A DNA stretch of 64,000 nt from Octopus sinensis (lineage: Eukaryota), in the NCBI RefSeq assembly GCF_006345805.1, contig NC_043003.1, forward strand, positions 84,444,001 through 84,508,000, read 5' to 3'. The stretch's first letter is position 1, and every line of letters starts with the position of its first letter. Positions 1 to 11,591 of the stretch are shown here, in pieces. The position numbers were made by a program, and so were the translations under genes. The notes below the pieces were generated by a model. The model had not been told where the DNA came from and made no database searches. It saw nothing but the letters and a program-made list of their open reading frames with translations.

Positions 1-555
1 AACACTGCATATATAACTCCACAATATGTAACGATCACTACATTTTTAAAATACAAGAAATCAAGCTTTATATATAACGCTAAATTGTTTTCAATTTGCT
101 ATATGATATCATCATTCCTGGAAGAGAATTTCTATTTTCAATTCTTTGTTTATTCTTTCTTTCTTTCTTTACTTGCTTTTTGGCACAATTATGCTTCGTT
201 TTATTTTGAGGCTAAAGACTAGACGAATTTTATATTGCAACAAGTAATGCAGGAAGCATACCTGGTAGAAATTTCTTTTACAAATAAATATAAAGGAATA
301 TATTAGATATAAGAGCCGAAAACGAAAATAACTTTACAGACTTTTGGGAATGTATGAATAATGCAATAGTATCATGTACCGTTTATCTATAATCGTTTAA
401 ATATTATCCGCAAGGTGTGTACCACACCGAACATGACACGACACAACACAAATTAACACGTTTTGACAATAACAACTAATGAATTTGAATAGATGTTAAT
501 GTTTTGTTGACCATCATGGAATATTAACTGACCGTTTTCATGTCAGCCTCTCAGG

Positions 556-585
556 CTACACACGTGTCAAATAATGAATTCTTTC
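556..585 (-). CDS. candidate terminal coding exon, ERIHYLTRV*
   Basis: Acceptor ttgtcttgactatttcactgaacag precedes GAA AGA ATT CAT TAT TTG ACA CGT GTG TAG. Phase 0 matches the exon at 1046-1099. No homolog recognised. Confidence 0.3.
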   Translation of the reverse strand, partial: ERIHYLTRV

Positions 586-1045
586 CTGTTCAGTGAAATA
601 GTCAAGACAACAATATGGTATAGTAACCTCTTAGCACTTTAGTAAAAAACATTTGTTTATACTTTCTTTTCTTTTCGACTTTTTTTTCTTTTGACAAGTG
701 AATTGATATATTTGGTGAGCCTTTCATTCTCACTTCAACAAGTAGCAATTATGATGAAGGGTGTGCTTTACGGATGAGACCATAATATGCCTGAAGCATG
801 TTCAGAGTTGCCTCCCATACATACAGAAGAAATTGAAATAAAATATCAGTCTTTTGCCAAATCTTATATTTTTCCTTTAATGCGTAATTAATGTTAGTGA
901 ACCTTTTAATTCTTCCCCACCACCTCCTCTGCATTAACCATATCGGTATTAACGAATACATTTGATTATTAACTACCAGCAGCATGACATCCTGTTGAAT
1001 GCCAGAACTGGCTTCCGGTCTTAAGCTAAAATGCACACAACTTAC

Positions 1046-1099
1046 CCGAGTCTTTCGATGATTTATAAGTACGTTCGTAGAGGCCATTCTCAGTAACGT
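1046..1099 (-). CDS. candidate 54-nt internal exon (TLLRMASTNVLINHRKTR, or VTENGLYERTYKSSKDS in phase 1)
   Basis: Acceptor attccttttcatttcag and donor CGG|gtaagt. Two frames are open. Confidence 0.35.
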
Positions 1100-2152
1100 C
1101 TGAAATGAAAAGGAATGTGTTAGAGGTAACATGCCATGCGGTTAGAAATAGTGGAAGGTTCGCCTGCTTTTTGAAGACATTTCAGAGATACACGAGAAAA
1201 GGAAAAAAAATGGGATACGTCAAGGGTTAATTTGGTTAATTAACGGCATGGCAAGATAAATATACAAAAGTCAAAGTTCAAAGGTTAACAAAATGTCACA
1301 TATCACAAGAATGGTCAATCGGTTTGTGGGAAAGAAATCAAGCTTAGTAACAACAATGGAGAATTGGGAATACAAGAGTTCTAGATTGATTCAAATGTTA
1401 AGGTGTGTAAAGGCTGCGGATAGAAATAAGCTAGGAAATGTGATGCACAAGAGAATATATAGGCTGAAAAGAAAGAGAAAATTTAGAGAGAACAGAGAGT
1501 AACAGAGGAGTGAAATGGAAGTTGAGAAAGTAGGAGAGTTAGAAAGAAAAGAGAGTGAGAGAGAAAAATAGAGAGTTAAGAAAAATGATGGGGTAAAGTT
1601 TGGTAAAAAAGGAAAAAGTATATCAGACACACAGAAACTGAAGAAGAAAGAAAAGTAGAGAGGGAGAGAGAGAAACAGCTATAGACGAGGAAAGAGCGAC
1701 GACAGACAGACTGATAAGGATAGAAGGGAGACAAGCAGGTAGAAGGAAGGTAAGTGGTTGAAAGCAAGGTTGAGATTAGGAGTTGAAACAAACAAATGGG
1801 TTGCAAAAATAAGTCATGCTTCACAAAGTAACTAAATAACAGAACAAAAAATAAATCAAAAGCCATGCTAAAAAAAAAGTAAACAAACAAACAAACAAAA
1901 TCATGCTGAAGGAATACGGGAGAGTTTAAGAAGACAAAAGCAACAATTTCGAATTATCGAAGACAGACAATTGGCTATACAGACAGATCAATGAACTTGG
2001 TTGTCTTTAAAAAAATATTACAGTACGATGGTTCTCTCTGCTGACATACTTTGTCAGGCAGGTTTGTTGCTAATAAGGCAGCGGAGGCGGTTGCCTCGCA
2101 GAATAGTTTAATTTGCATCCCTAGAAATTTAGAGTTTATCAGTTCCTCAATG

Positions 2153-2408
2153 TGGAGGCGCGTGGCTTAGTGATAAGGGTGTCAGCATCATGATCGTAAG
2201 ATTGCGGCTTCGATTCCTGGACCGGGCGACGCGTTGTGTTCTTGGGCAAAACACTTCATTTCACGTTGCTCCAGTCCACTCAGCTGGCAAAAATGAGTAA
2301 CGCTGCGATGGACTGGCGTCCCGTCCAACTGGGGAACACATACGCCATTGAAACCGGGAAACCGGGCCCATGAGCCTGACTAGGCTTTAAAAGGGCGCAT
2401 TTATTTTT
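2153..2408 (+). mobile_element. tRNA-derived SINE, family C, full length
   Basis: A-box GTGGCTTAGTG, B-box-like TTCGATTCC, core CCAGTCCACTCAGCTGGCAAAAATGAGT, then CTGCGATGGACTGGCGTCCCGTCC and a T-run end. A near-identical inverted copy lies at 27423-27661. Confidence 0.85.
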
Positions 2409-3435
2409 TTCAGTTCCTCAATAGTACAGTTGAATACACAAGCATCTATACTGACTCCATTCTGTGTACATTTTTGCTTTTATAATTTTGGTCGCATCAT
2501 AAGATTCTGGATTCTTTTCCTTTACATTCCTCATAGCTAATAATTCCTTAACCTTTTGCCCGTTCTGGGTATCACATGTAACACTCAAAACATTTCCCTG
2601 GTGTCCATGCATCATATATGACACACATCTCCAATTCTTTTTAACCACCGGAGTAACTCGGGTCATATGAAATAAAAGCATTACATAACTCAGAACGTAT
2701 GGAACAAAGGAAAACTAAGACAGAAAATAAACATGAACGTTTAGGACAAACTTTAAAAAATTCTTTGGGTAGGCAAAGTGTTAAATGTATTTTCTTTCAA
2801 CGATTTTTATTAATTCTTTTTCAGAACTACCCCGCTAACACATTCCCAATCGCCTAATTGCTGCTCTTATCACCCTCCGCCTTTTATTTTCCTACCTTGT
2901 TTGCATTTGTGACTGAATTATTGTACATATGTATTTCTGACCCTCACTTCCTTGCTCAATTTTCTCAACTCCACGTTACTGGTCTGCTTCTCATCATCTC
3001 CCTTCCATTTCGATTTAACTTAATGACTTCTCTCACACTAGATTACCTACCCTTACCCCACTTCCCACCAACATGTCTACCCTTATACATCGCTCATCTA
3101 CTTCCTTGATTTTTTCCCCAGTTGCAATTTTGCCCAACAGATAACACCTCTCTCTTTCTCTTTCTCTCTCTCACGCACCCTTTCTGAAAAAGGCCAAAAC
3201 TTCTGATTTTTCAGTCTTCATTGAAAATGAATTAACTATAATTTATTTTTTATTGTATGAAATTTTATGGATTAACTTCAGTAATAGCAAGTGTTTCACA
3301 CAAACTGAAAATCCAGGAAGCTTCCTTCAGTCGCGAAATATAAAATAACATGGAGTTGAATCAAACTGTTTTAAATAATACATATAACTTCTACTAAACG
3401 TGTTGAGTGCCTTTTTCTTTCGCATGTCCACTCAC

Positions 3436-3485
3436 CTGTGCAGCCACCTCGAGAATGACATACATAGTCATAGAGCTTACATTAC
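3436..3485 (-). CDS. candidate 50-nt exon (xNVSSMTMYVILEVAAQ)
   Basis: Donor CAG|gtgagt. Acceptor gctaacgagcaacctgtgcag has a CTAAC branch-like motif but a weak pyrimidine tract. The alternative acceptor at 3521 gives stops in all frames. Confidence 0.25.
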
Positions 3486-4389
3486 CTGCACAGGTTGCTC
3501 GTTAGCAATGTTCTACCATTCTAAAAATATTTTTGATACTTTGATACACGTTACTTCTATATTAATTTCGCTATTCTATAAATTATGTTTATGTCAAGTC
3601 CTGCGTTCAAAGAATATTTTATTCAATGAGGAATAAAGCTAGAATGATGTAGCATACTTCTGGAATTTATTAACGCCCACAGTTTGTTGTTAGAAAATGC
3701 TATAGAATAAAATACATTTGATGCTCTTAATAGCTTTATGCTTGTTTTAATGGAAATCACGGCATTCACAAAATTACAAATGATTTTCACAGCAGTTTCA
3801 GATCATAATATAAAAACTAATTATATTTAATGCTGAAAATGGACATTAGTATTTGAGCTAAATGTTTCTTAATTTGTTCAATGCTGTGTCTTTTACATAT
3901 TTAGAGCACGAATGATTAAATGAGTGAATATTTTAGAAATAAAAGAAAAAGAATTCTCTTATGGCTTACATAATATCCATTTATGAACTGCTCAGAACTG
4001 TAGATAGCTGATATGAAACGGTTCTACTGACACTATGACTATTTGAACTAAAGTAAATAATTGTCAGCTTACAATGTCAAAATATTGAGTTCCCGATAGC
4101 TGCTTGCAGCAAGTCACCTAATATTAAAAATTGTGAATCAAATGCTTTTAAGATAACAGTGATAACACAAAAATAACTTCTTCAAGAGGGATTGACGTCA
4201 TGTCAAGGCCTACTCTAAATCTACCACTGACAGGTTATATATTTTGTTTTCATTAGATAAGCAAATGAATAAATAAAAGTAATGAAAATCCCGGAGTTCA
4301 GAATCGAATCGTAAAGCATCAGCATATCATTAAAAGAATTTTTTTTTATGTCGGTATTTGCTCCACACCTCTTACTGATCAACACTTAC

Positions 4390-4500
4390 TGTCTAAAACT
4401 GTCGCTTTTCTGGCGATGTTTTTACTGATGAAAATCCCGTGCCGTTGACATTTTAGAAACCTGTCGCTCGTTAACAAGCGTGAACATTAATCTGTACACC
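4390..4500 (-). CDS. exon-like segment (…FLKCQRHGIFISKNIARKATVLD)
   Basis: Acceptor ttgtcttctttcaaattatcaacag and donor ACA|gtaagt, 111 nt. The best frame has one TAA; it is open only from an inner AG (exon 4460-4390). Confidence 0.2.
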
Positions 4501-5068
4501 CTGTTGATAATTTGAAAGAAGACAACTATTATCCAACAGATTCACTGATCCTGTTTTGTTCATTCGATAATGTTAATAATTTCCAAACAGATCTCATATA
4601 TTCTGTTTCATTCACAAGGCTTGGCGCGACCTTGCTCAGATGCTGCGCATTCTCTAGCTGCACAGTCTGAAACCATTGTATCGATCTACTTGGTTGGCAC
4701 TATGGTTTCAGGTTTTCATAGCACAGAGAATAATTGTTCCTGTGTGGAACCATCTGGTAAAAATGATATAAGTGTAAGATTACATAAAAGTTTGGGAAGA
4801 AAGATTTGGATCTGTGCAGAGTTACAGAGATTGTGACAAGTTTCTTAGAAACATTAAAGAATATTTATAGTTCGTCAAATATCAACTTTTTTTGCGTATT
4901 GGTTTTTGATTGGCCGACAATTAATGTTCAACCCCAATCAATCTATAGGGAAAGTAATATTGAATTGTTACACAGGCATTCAATCAAGAAGGAACTTTGT
5001 TTTTATTGAGAGTATGATGTGATCAATAAAGAAGTAATTTGTGCTTGGTGGTATTATTTTCACTTGGT

Positions 5069-5280
5069 CTAGGGCGGTGAAATGGCACGATTGTTAGCAC
5101 TCCGGTTACAATGCTTAGTGGCATTTCTTCCGGCTTTCCGTTGAGTCCAGATTCTGCCGAAATCTATTTTACCTTTCATCCTTTCGGGGGTCGATAAAAT
5201 ACCAGTTGACACTGGGTTCGATGTAATTGACCAGTCATCGCCCACCAAAATTTCCGGCCTTCTGCCCTTAGAAGAATTAT
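5069..5280 (+). mobile_element. SINE family B copy (a truncated inverted copy lies at 5493-5660)
   Basis: GGCGGTGAAATGGCACGATTGTTAGCAC head and CCTTTCATCCTTTCGGGGGTCGATAAAATACCAG core. TTATTTTCACTTG-like sequence occurs on both flanks. Confidence 0.85.
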
Positions 5281-5310
5281 TTTTCACTTGATTTGGTCAG
5301 GGTCTTTTAC

Positions 5311-5449
5311 CTGCTGTTTTGATTGTCAGAGCTTAGTTGTGAGTATCTCACTAATTTCATTTAGCTTTAGAGTATAAGTCGCAACATGTTTCCAAATTAT
5401 ACTCATGAGTGACTGCTGCTGTATTGCAATTAGAAACTGTACATAGTGT
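5311..5449 (-). other. exon-like 139-nt segment in the spacer of the inverted repeat
   Basis: Acceptor tattttttcttacag and donor CAG|gtaaaa. The longest frame is HYVQFLIAIQQQSLMSIIWKHVATYTLKLNEISEILTTKL followed by TGA; no frame is fully open. Confidence 0.25.
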
Positions 5450-6794
5450 CTGTAAGAAAAAATACGAAATTCTGTTTTTGCTGGTGCTTGTAATGACTGG
5501 TCAATTACATCGAACCCAGTGTCAACTGGTATTTTATCGACCCCCGAAAGGATGAAAGGTAAAATAGATTTCGGCAGAATCTGGACTCAACGGAAAGCCG
5601 GAAGAAATGCCACTAAGCATTGTAACCGGAGTGCTAACAATCGTGCCATTTCACCGCCCTAGACCAAGTGAAAATAATACCACCAAAGCACAAATTACTT
5701 CTTTATTGATCACATCATACTCTCAATAAAAACAAAGTTCCTTCTTGATTGAATGCCTGTGTAACAAATTCAATATTACTTTCCCTATAGACTTGATTGG
5801 GGTTGAACATTAAATTGTCGGCCAATCAAAAACCAATACGCAAAAAAAGTTGATATTTGACGAACTATAAATATTCTTTAATGTTTCTAAGAAACTTGTC
5901 ACAATCTCTGTAACTCTGCACAGATCCAAATCTTTCTTCCCAAACTTTTATGTAATCTTACACTTATATCATTTTTTACCAGATGGTTCCACACAGAGAA
6001 CAATTATTCTCTGTGCTATGAAAACCTGAAACCATAGTGCCAACCAAGTAGATCGATACAATGGTTTCAGACTGTGCAGCTAAGAGAATGCGCAGCATCT
6101 TGAGCAAGGTCGCGCCAAGCCTTGTGAATGAAACAGAATATATGAGATCTGTTTGGAAATTCAAATGGTCAACTTTGTCACATTCTGTCGTACTGATTCT
6201 GCCTGAGTACACGTTAAGGATAGATGTGCCTATACTCAACTAGTTACATTATAATTCAATGAATAAGCCGTTAGATAACTCATCGTAAAAATTGATAGAG
6301 ATCTATGAATATGCGTGCATGTTTATGTGCCTGTGTTTGTTATGAAGTATGTAAATCATCATTGAGGTAACAGGGAAGTAGTCCAGCTCTCGAATTTTTA
6401 CTTTGAAGAAAGATCCTGCTCAATACATCACAATTCACAAACTTATTTTACGAATGTTATTTATTCACAGACAATAGCTTGCAGCAAATAACTCATTCAG
6501 GTTAGTAAAAAGTCCATATCAGTTGCCTTACTACGTGAATACACATGCACACATACACATAATTTTATATATACATATATGTGAAATGTCAACTCTAATA
6601 TGGTTTCGGCTTGGATATTCATGTGTATGTGCGCATGTGCCCAAGTTTGGCAAAGGACTGATACAAAAACACCATGAACGCCTCACACGTGCGCACAGGT
6701 AAAGGCACTGGATGTATGTTAGAGATGAACATTGATTGTGAAAGAGAAAAAATATGTTAAAGAGATGGATAAATGGATGTACAGGCACGCAGAT

Positions 6795-6797
6795 AAA

Positions 6798-6869
<72 letters not shown>

Positions 6870-6890
6870 AATAAGGAGAGAGAGAGAGAG
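6795..6890 (+). repeat. (GAAA)n followed by (GA)n microsatellite
   Basis: Directly visible. Confidence 0.95.
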
Positions 6891-7600
6891 TGATAGGGGA
6901 TGTTTGAGAGAGTGAAATTTCGAGAAAAAGTGTTGTGAATTGAGTTGTGGTAACGCAGATGTGTGTCTATATGTTTATCAGAAAACCTAGAGATTTATTG
7001 ATTGACTATCTGACAAGCGATTATTTAATATAAAAGAGAGAAATTGAATAAAATGCCCGTAATACAATACACTACATACATTCAACAATAAAAACATAAA
7101 TAAGAGGTTTTGTCATAGCCTTTTAGTACTAAAAAAGGAACTAGTTCAAATACATCTAGGTTTGCTAAGTCAGCAAATTTATGTAGTAGTTAAGCTTTTA
7201 ACTTTTGTTTCAGTCATTGGATTGCGGCCATACTGGAGATCCACCTTGAAGATTTTCGTAGAACAAATCAACTTAAGTACCATTTTGTTTTTAAAAGTCT
7301 GGTATTTATCATAGCAGTCTCTTTTACCAAATCGTTAGAGGGACATAAGCAAACCAATTCTGGTTCAGAAGTGGTAGAGGGCGAACAAACTATTTCATCG
7401 CATAAAACAGTATATACAGCATTTCCTCCACTGACCCTGTCTTTATATCATATCCCTAGAGACAATTATCGCATTTTAAAGACTATTTTAAAAAAGCTAT
7501 TATAAAAATAAACCAGACCAGAAAAATCACTACTTAAAAAGGATACACACACACTCTCACTCCTTCTCTCTCTCTCTATCTGTCTCTCTATCTCTCTTTA

Positions 7601-7640
<40 letters not shown>

Positions 7641-8924
7641 TTTTTTTTTTACCAAAATCCACTCATGAGTAGATGACGCTTGGTCAAGCTGCTTTGCTGT
7701 GAGACCGAACTCGAAACGAAGTGGTATCGAAACAAGCTTCTTAACCACACAGTCCTATACAGACTATTTCTAAAACTACCATGAAGATGTAAAAGATATC
7801 ATCGATAAATTTAACAGTATACCGTATTTTTTAACGCTTGATATGGAAGAACCTACATACATGTCGAAGACTTAGTTTCTGGGAAATCCCAACAATTCTA
7901 TAAATAAATAAATAAATAAATAAAAAGACAACCTAAGTGATTACTATCACTTCAACAGTCGCATAACGAACAAACGTTTCCTTGACTTTATGCATGGGAA
8001 GTAAACGTTAATGTTTACAAATAAACTTGGAGTTGCCTCCCTTGAATGAATTTTTAATGTTCATTTTATTTTATTTTCGTCTTACGTTTATTAACCACTG
8101 CTTAACAAACAATCCTAAACAGATCCAAATCATCTCATTACATAAAACAGTATATACAGTATTTCTTCCAATGACCTCTATACTTATATCATATATCTAC
8201 AGTCAATTATCGCACTTTTAAAAATATTTAAAAACGCTATTACAAAAATTTACCGAACCAGATAAATCACTACTTAGGAAGAATATGCTCTTTGTTGCTC
8301 TCTCTCTCTCTCTCTCTCTCTTTATCTATATCTCTCTCATTCATTTACACACACACTTTTGCACAGTTTACGTTAGCTAATTTCCCCTCACAAGTTATTA
8401 GTCAACCCGAAATCTCGAAGATATATTAGAAGATACTTGCTGAAGGTGCCATATAGTGTCGGATATGGAACCAGGAACCACGGTGAACACGAAGCGAAAT
8501 TCTTAACCACTCTCAGAGGCGCCGTCTTAACAGATATGTTAAGAAGTTGGCCACGCAATTAGATGGTTCTGGGTTCGATCCCCTTGTCCAGTATAGCCTC
8601 AGGCTAACCAATATCTTGTGCGTGGAATTTTCCTCTGCTGAAGTTAGAGGTTTATATATTCTTTTATTTCACACACACACACACATTAATTTTTAAAATT
8701 GAATCTTCCGCTGACATCTGTAAAACCCTACATTAAAAAAAAGCAGTTTATGCCCTAAGGCCAAAACATACATTAAACACACCCATGAGTTCACTAAAAT
8801 TACAAATTCTTTATATTTCTCCAAACAAACATTCTACGCTTATAATTCACCCCTAATTCAGAACAGACACTCTACCCCAAGACATGTTCAGAGATTCACA
8901 AATTCCTTTTTGCTTTTTCCCTCC

Positions 8925-9128
8925 TTATTCTTTTCTACTATAGGCACAGGACCCAAATTTTTGGGGGAGGGGGCCAGTCGATGAGATCGACCCCAGTACG
9001 CAACTGGTACTTAATTTATCGACCTCGAAAGGATGAAAGCCAAAGTCGACCTCGGCGGAATTTGAACTCAGAACGCAAAGACAGATGAAATACTGTCGTG
9101 CTAACGTTTCTGCCAGCTCGCCGCCTTC
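8925..9128 (-). mobile_element. SINE family B
   Basis: Reverse complement of the GGCGGCGAGCTGGCAGAAACGTTAGCACG head and the GAGGTCGACTTTGGCTTTCATCCTTTCG core. Confidence 0.9.
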
Positions 9129-9239
9129 TCCCACCTTATTAATAAGAGAAAACGGTTTGCATCCATGAAATTCTTCTCTCTTCACCATAGTACAGTATAA
9201 GTTTCAAACATTTTAGTTTAAAACTAATCTTCATTTAAC

Positions 9240-9543
9240 ATGGCATGGTTCCGGGTTCAATCCCACAACATGGCAACTTGGACAAATATCTTTTACTCTA
9301 GCCCCGGACCGACAAAAACCTCATGAGTGGATTTGGTAGAGAGAAACTGAAAGAAGCCCGTTTCATATACGAAAGGGTGCCAAAAAGTTCGTAGCTTTAG
9401 ACAAAAAAAAAATACAGGGGGATTAGTTAATTATGATTATATTTAAAATATTCCCCTCTCAGATTCACACACTTATTGCAACGGTCCTTCAGTTTTTCTA
9501 AACCCCGTAAAAGAACTCGGAAGGTTGGGTCTCCAACTAGACC

Positions 9544-9600
<57 letters not shown>

Positions 9601-9775
9601 CCACAGCTTGACAACCGGTGTTGGTTTGTTTGTCTCCGTAAATTAGCGGTTCGGCAAAAGACTTGACTTGAAATATAAAAGTAAGTATTGGAATTGATTT
9701 TCTCAACTAAAACTTCCAAGGCGGTGTTCTAGCACGGTAGCAGAGCAGTGAATGGAACAAGTAAAAGATAAACGA
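9240..9775 (+). mobile_element. SINE family A, interrupted by a mariner fragment and (TG)n(AG)n
   Basis: 5' half ATGGTTCCGGGTTCAATCCC…GAGTGGATTTGGTAG…AAACTGAAAGAAGCCCG and 3' half CTTGACAACCGGTG…TTAGCGGTTCGGCAAAAG. Confidence 0.8.
9368..9548 (-). mobile_element. mariner-type element, 3' end fragment
   Basis: The minus strand encodes LRGLEKLKDRCNKCVNLRGEYF, matching the mariner C-terminal pattern GIxKLxxRWxKCVxxxGxYF. The terminus is TA-CGAAAGGGTGCCAAAAAGTTC. Confidence 0.75.
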
Positions 9776-10038
9776 TGTATGTATATCAATGAAACATCAG
9801 GCCACTGTGTCACATAGCTACCTCTCACTATTGCAATCGGATTTTGCACTTAACATAAATAGAACGAGGGTGAAGGGGCAAAAAGGAGAAAATAGACTAA
9901 GAGAGGGAGTGAGAGAGAAAAAGTCAGAATGACAGAAAGAGGAAAAGTGTGTGTGTGTGTGTGTGTGTGTGTTGTGTGTGTGTGTGCGTTTAACTTTTTA
10001 GTAAGTTTCAATATACATAGCTGAATTTACTCGATCAG

Positions 10039-10106
10039 GTCACCAATAAACACCGAGGTCGTGATAATGTCTGGTAACAAAAAGACACACCTTGAATATC
10101 ACGACG
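10039..10106 (+). CDS. candidate exon SPINTEVVIMSGNKKTHLEYHD (phase 2 to 1)
   Basis: Acceptor tttactcgatcag and donor ACG|gtgagt. Only one frame is open. Not linked to neighbouring exons. Confidence 0.2.
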
Positions 10107-10844
10107 GTGAGTCGTCTTTTTACGTAATGAATAAATATTTTAAAGTAATAAATCAACTGTTACTGCAACGCTATATTAACAAACTTTGTTCTGAGCCCGG
10201 AACTAAAATGCAGAATTGTTGGCCGTCAACGTTGAGTAAGAGCACCCTTTGACTGGTAGGCGGAGATGGTACCTGGCTATGTAGTAAAATAATTTCGCTG
10301 GTCATCAATTGATGATTTCACTTTAACCAACGTGAAAGACAACCCTGCCAATAAGAGGCCCAGTATTATCTAATACACCTCTGAAACCTCAGCATACAAG
10401 AAATATAGCCTAAATCCTCTTCAACTCTTTAGCATTTAAACCGGCCACATAAGACCTAAACATTCTACTTGTTTTATGGTTTGGGTTAGATCCAGCCTTT
10501 CACACCTAGCCTACAATGCAGTTCTAAAAATAAATTATCTCCCATAGCGTGGTACCTTGGACAAATGTCTTCTACTGTACCTTCGGGCTAACCAATGCCT
10601 TATGAGTGGTTTGGTAGACGGAAACTGAAAGAAGCTCGTCGTGTGTGCGTCTGTGTGCTTGTTCCCCCATCGCCGTTTGACAAATGTTTCGGCAAAAGAG
10701 CCGTGGCTGTAATGCCTTTGATCCTAGTTCTGTTCGATAAGGGTTGGTTCGAGTCGAAGCAACAACAAAAGTATTTCGAATGAAAAATCACATTGAAATA
10801 CAACAGAATGCTGATATTGTGAAAAGTAAACATGACAATGTAGT

Positions 10845-11170
10845 TAAGAAGTTCGCTGTTTAACCACGTAGTTTCGGGTCCACACTGCGCAACACCTTGG
10901 GTGTTTTCTACTACAGTTTCGGGCAGGGCAATGCTTTGCGAGTGAATTTGGTAGACGGAAACCGTCTCGTATGTGTGTGTGTGTGTGTTTGTCCTCCCCC
11001 ATCACTTGACAACCGGTGTTGGTTCATTTGCGTCCCCGTAACGTAGCGGTTCGGCAAAAGACATCGATAGAATATGTACCAAGCTTTTAAAAAGTATGCG
11101 GGTTGATTTGTTTGACTAGACCCTTCAAGGAGCCTCCCCAGCATACACGCAGCGAAAAATAAATTAAATC
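10845..11170 (+). mobile_element. SINE family A, diverged (another partial copy at 10540-10710)
   Basis: GTAGTTAAGAAG head, TTTGGTAGACGGAAAC, internal (TG)n and CTTGACAACCGGTG. Confidence 0.75.
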
Positions 11171-11591
11171 CCAATATTGAACTAGTACCTCATTTAATGA
11201 TATCGAATAAATGAAAAACCAAGTTGTCATCGACAGGATTTGAACTCAGAGCATCGGAACAAATACTACAGTGTTCTGTTCTATGCATCAACGATTCTGC
11301 TAATTCTCCGCCTTCGTATCTTACCAACGCAGAGTTATGAATAAATATAGAGAGCCATATCTATATTTAGTCTCGTTGCTAAAATACATACATATAGATA
11401 TAACTATATATATTATCTGTTCATAACACACGCTGCGTTGGAAATTTTGTAAATATTTTCAAGCTGTCAGTCTTGTACCATTATGCAAAGGATTATGTGA
11501 CTAGGCACATTCTCTTTTAAAGAAGTAACTTTATCCCAACATATTGTCAAGGGAGGTAAGCGAATCTTGAACAGAACACGAAATTAGTGGG

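Larger units (their letters stand above)
4578..6161. repeat. inverted duplication: arms 4578-5238 and 5493-6161, spacer 254 bp
   Basis: Manual alignment shows no substitutions and 8 single-base indels, each an extra base in the right arm. Confidence 0.95.

Noticed and set aside
1293-1890. ORFs in the purine-rich tract (also 43225-43954 and 47788-48446)
   Set aside because: Low-complexity compositional bias, with overlapping ORFs on both strands.
2153-2230. tRNA-like A and B boxes at many sites
   Set aside because: They are SINE heads. They lack a complete cloverleaf and continue into repeat bodies.
3436-4500. Idea that in-frame TAA or TAG codons are recoded by A-to-I editing or read-through
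   Set aside because: There is no evidence of translation. TAA would need two edits, and pseudo-exons or indel errors explain the stops more simply.
6471-6500. 30-nt plus-strand micro-exon candidate DNSLQQITHS
   Set aside because: It has good splice sites, but it is too short to distinguish from chance and is not phase-linked to the next candidate.
10050-10110. Hairpin GTCGTGATA…TATCACGAC as a possible pre-miRNA
   Set aside because: The stem is too short and the loop too large.
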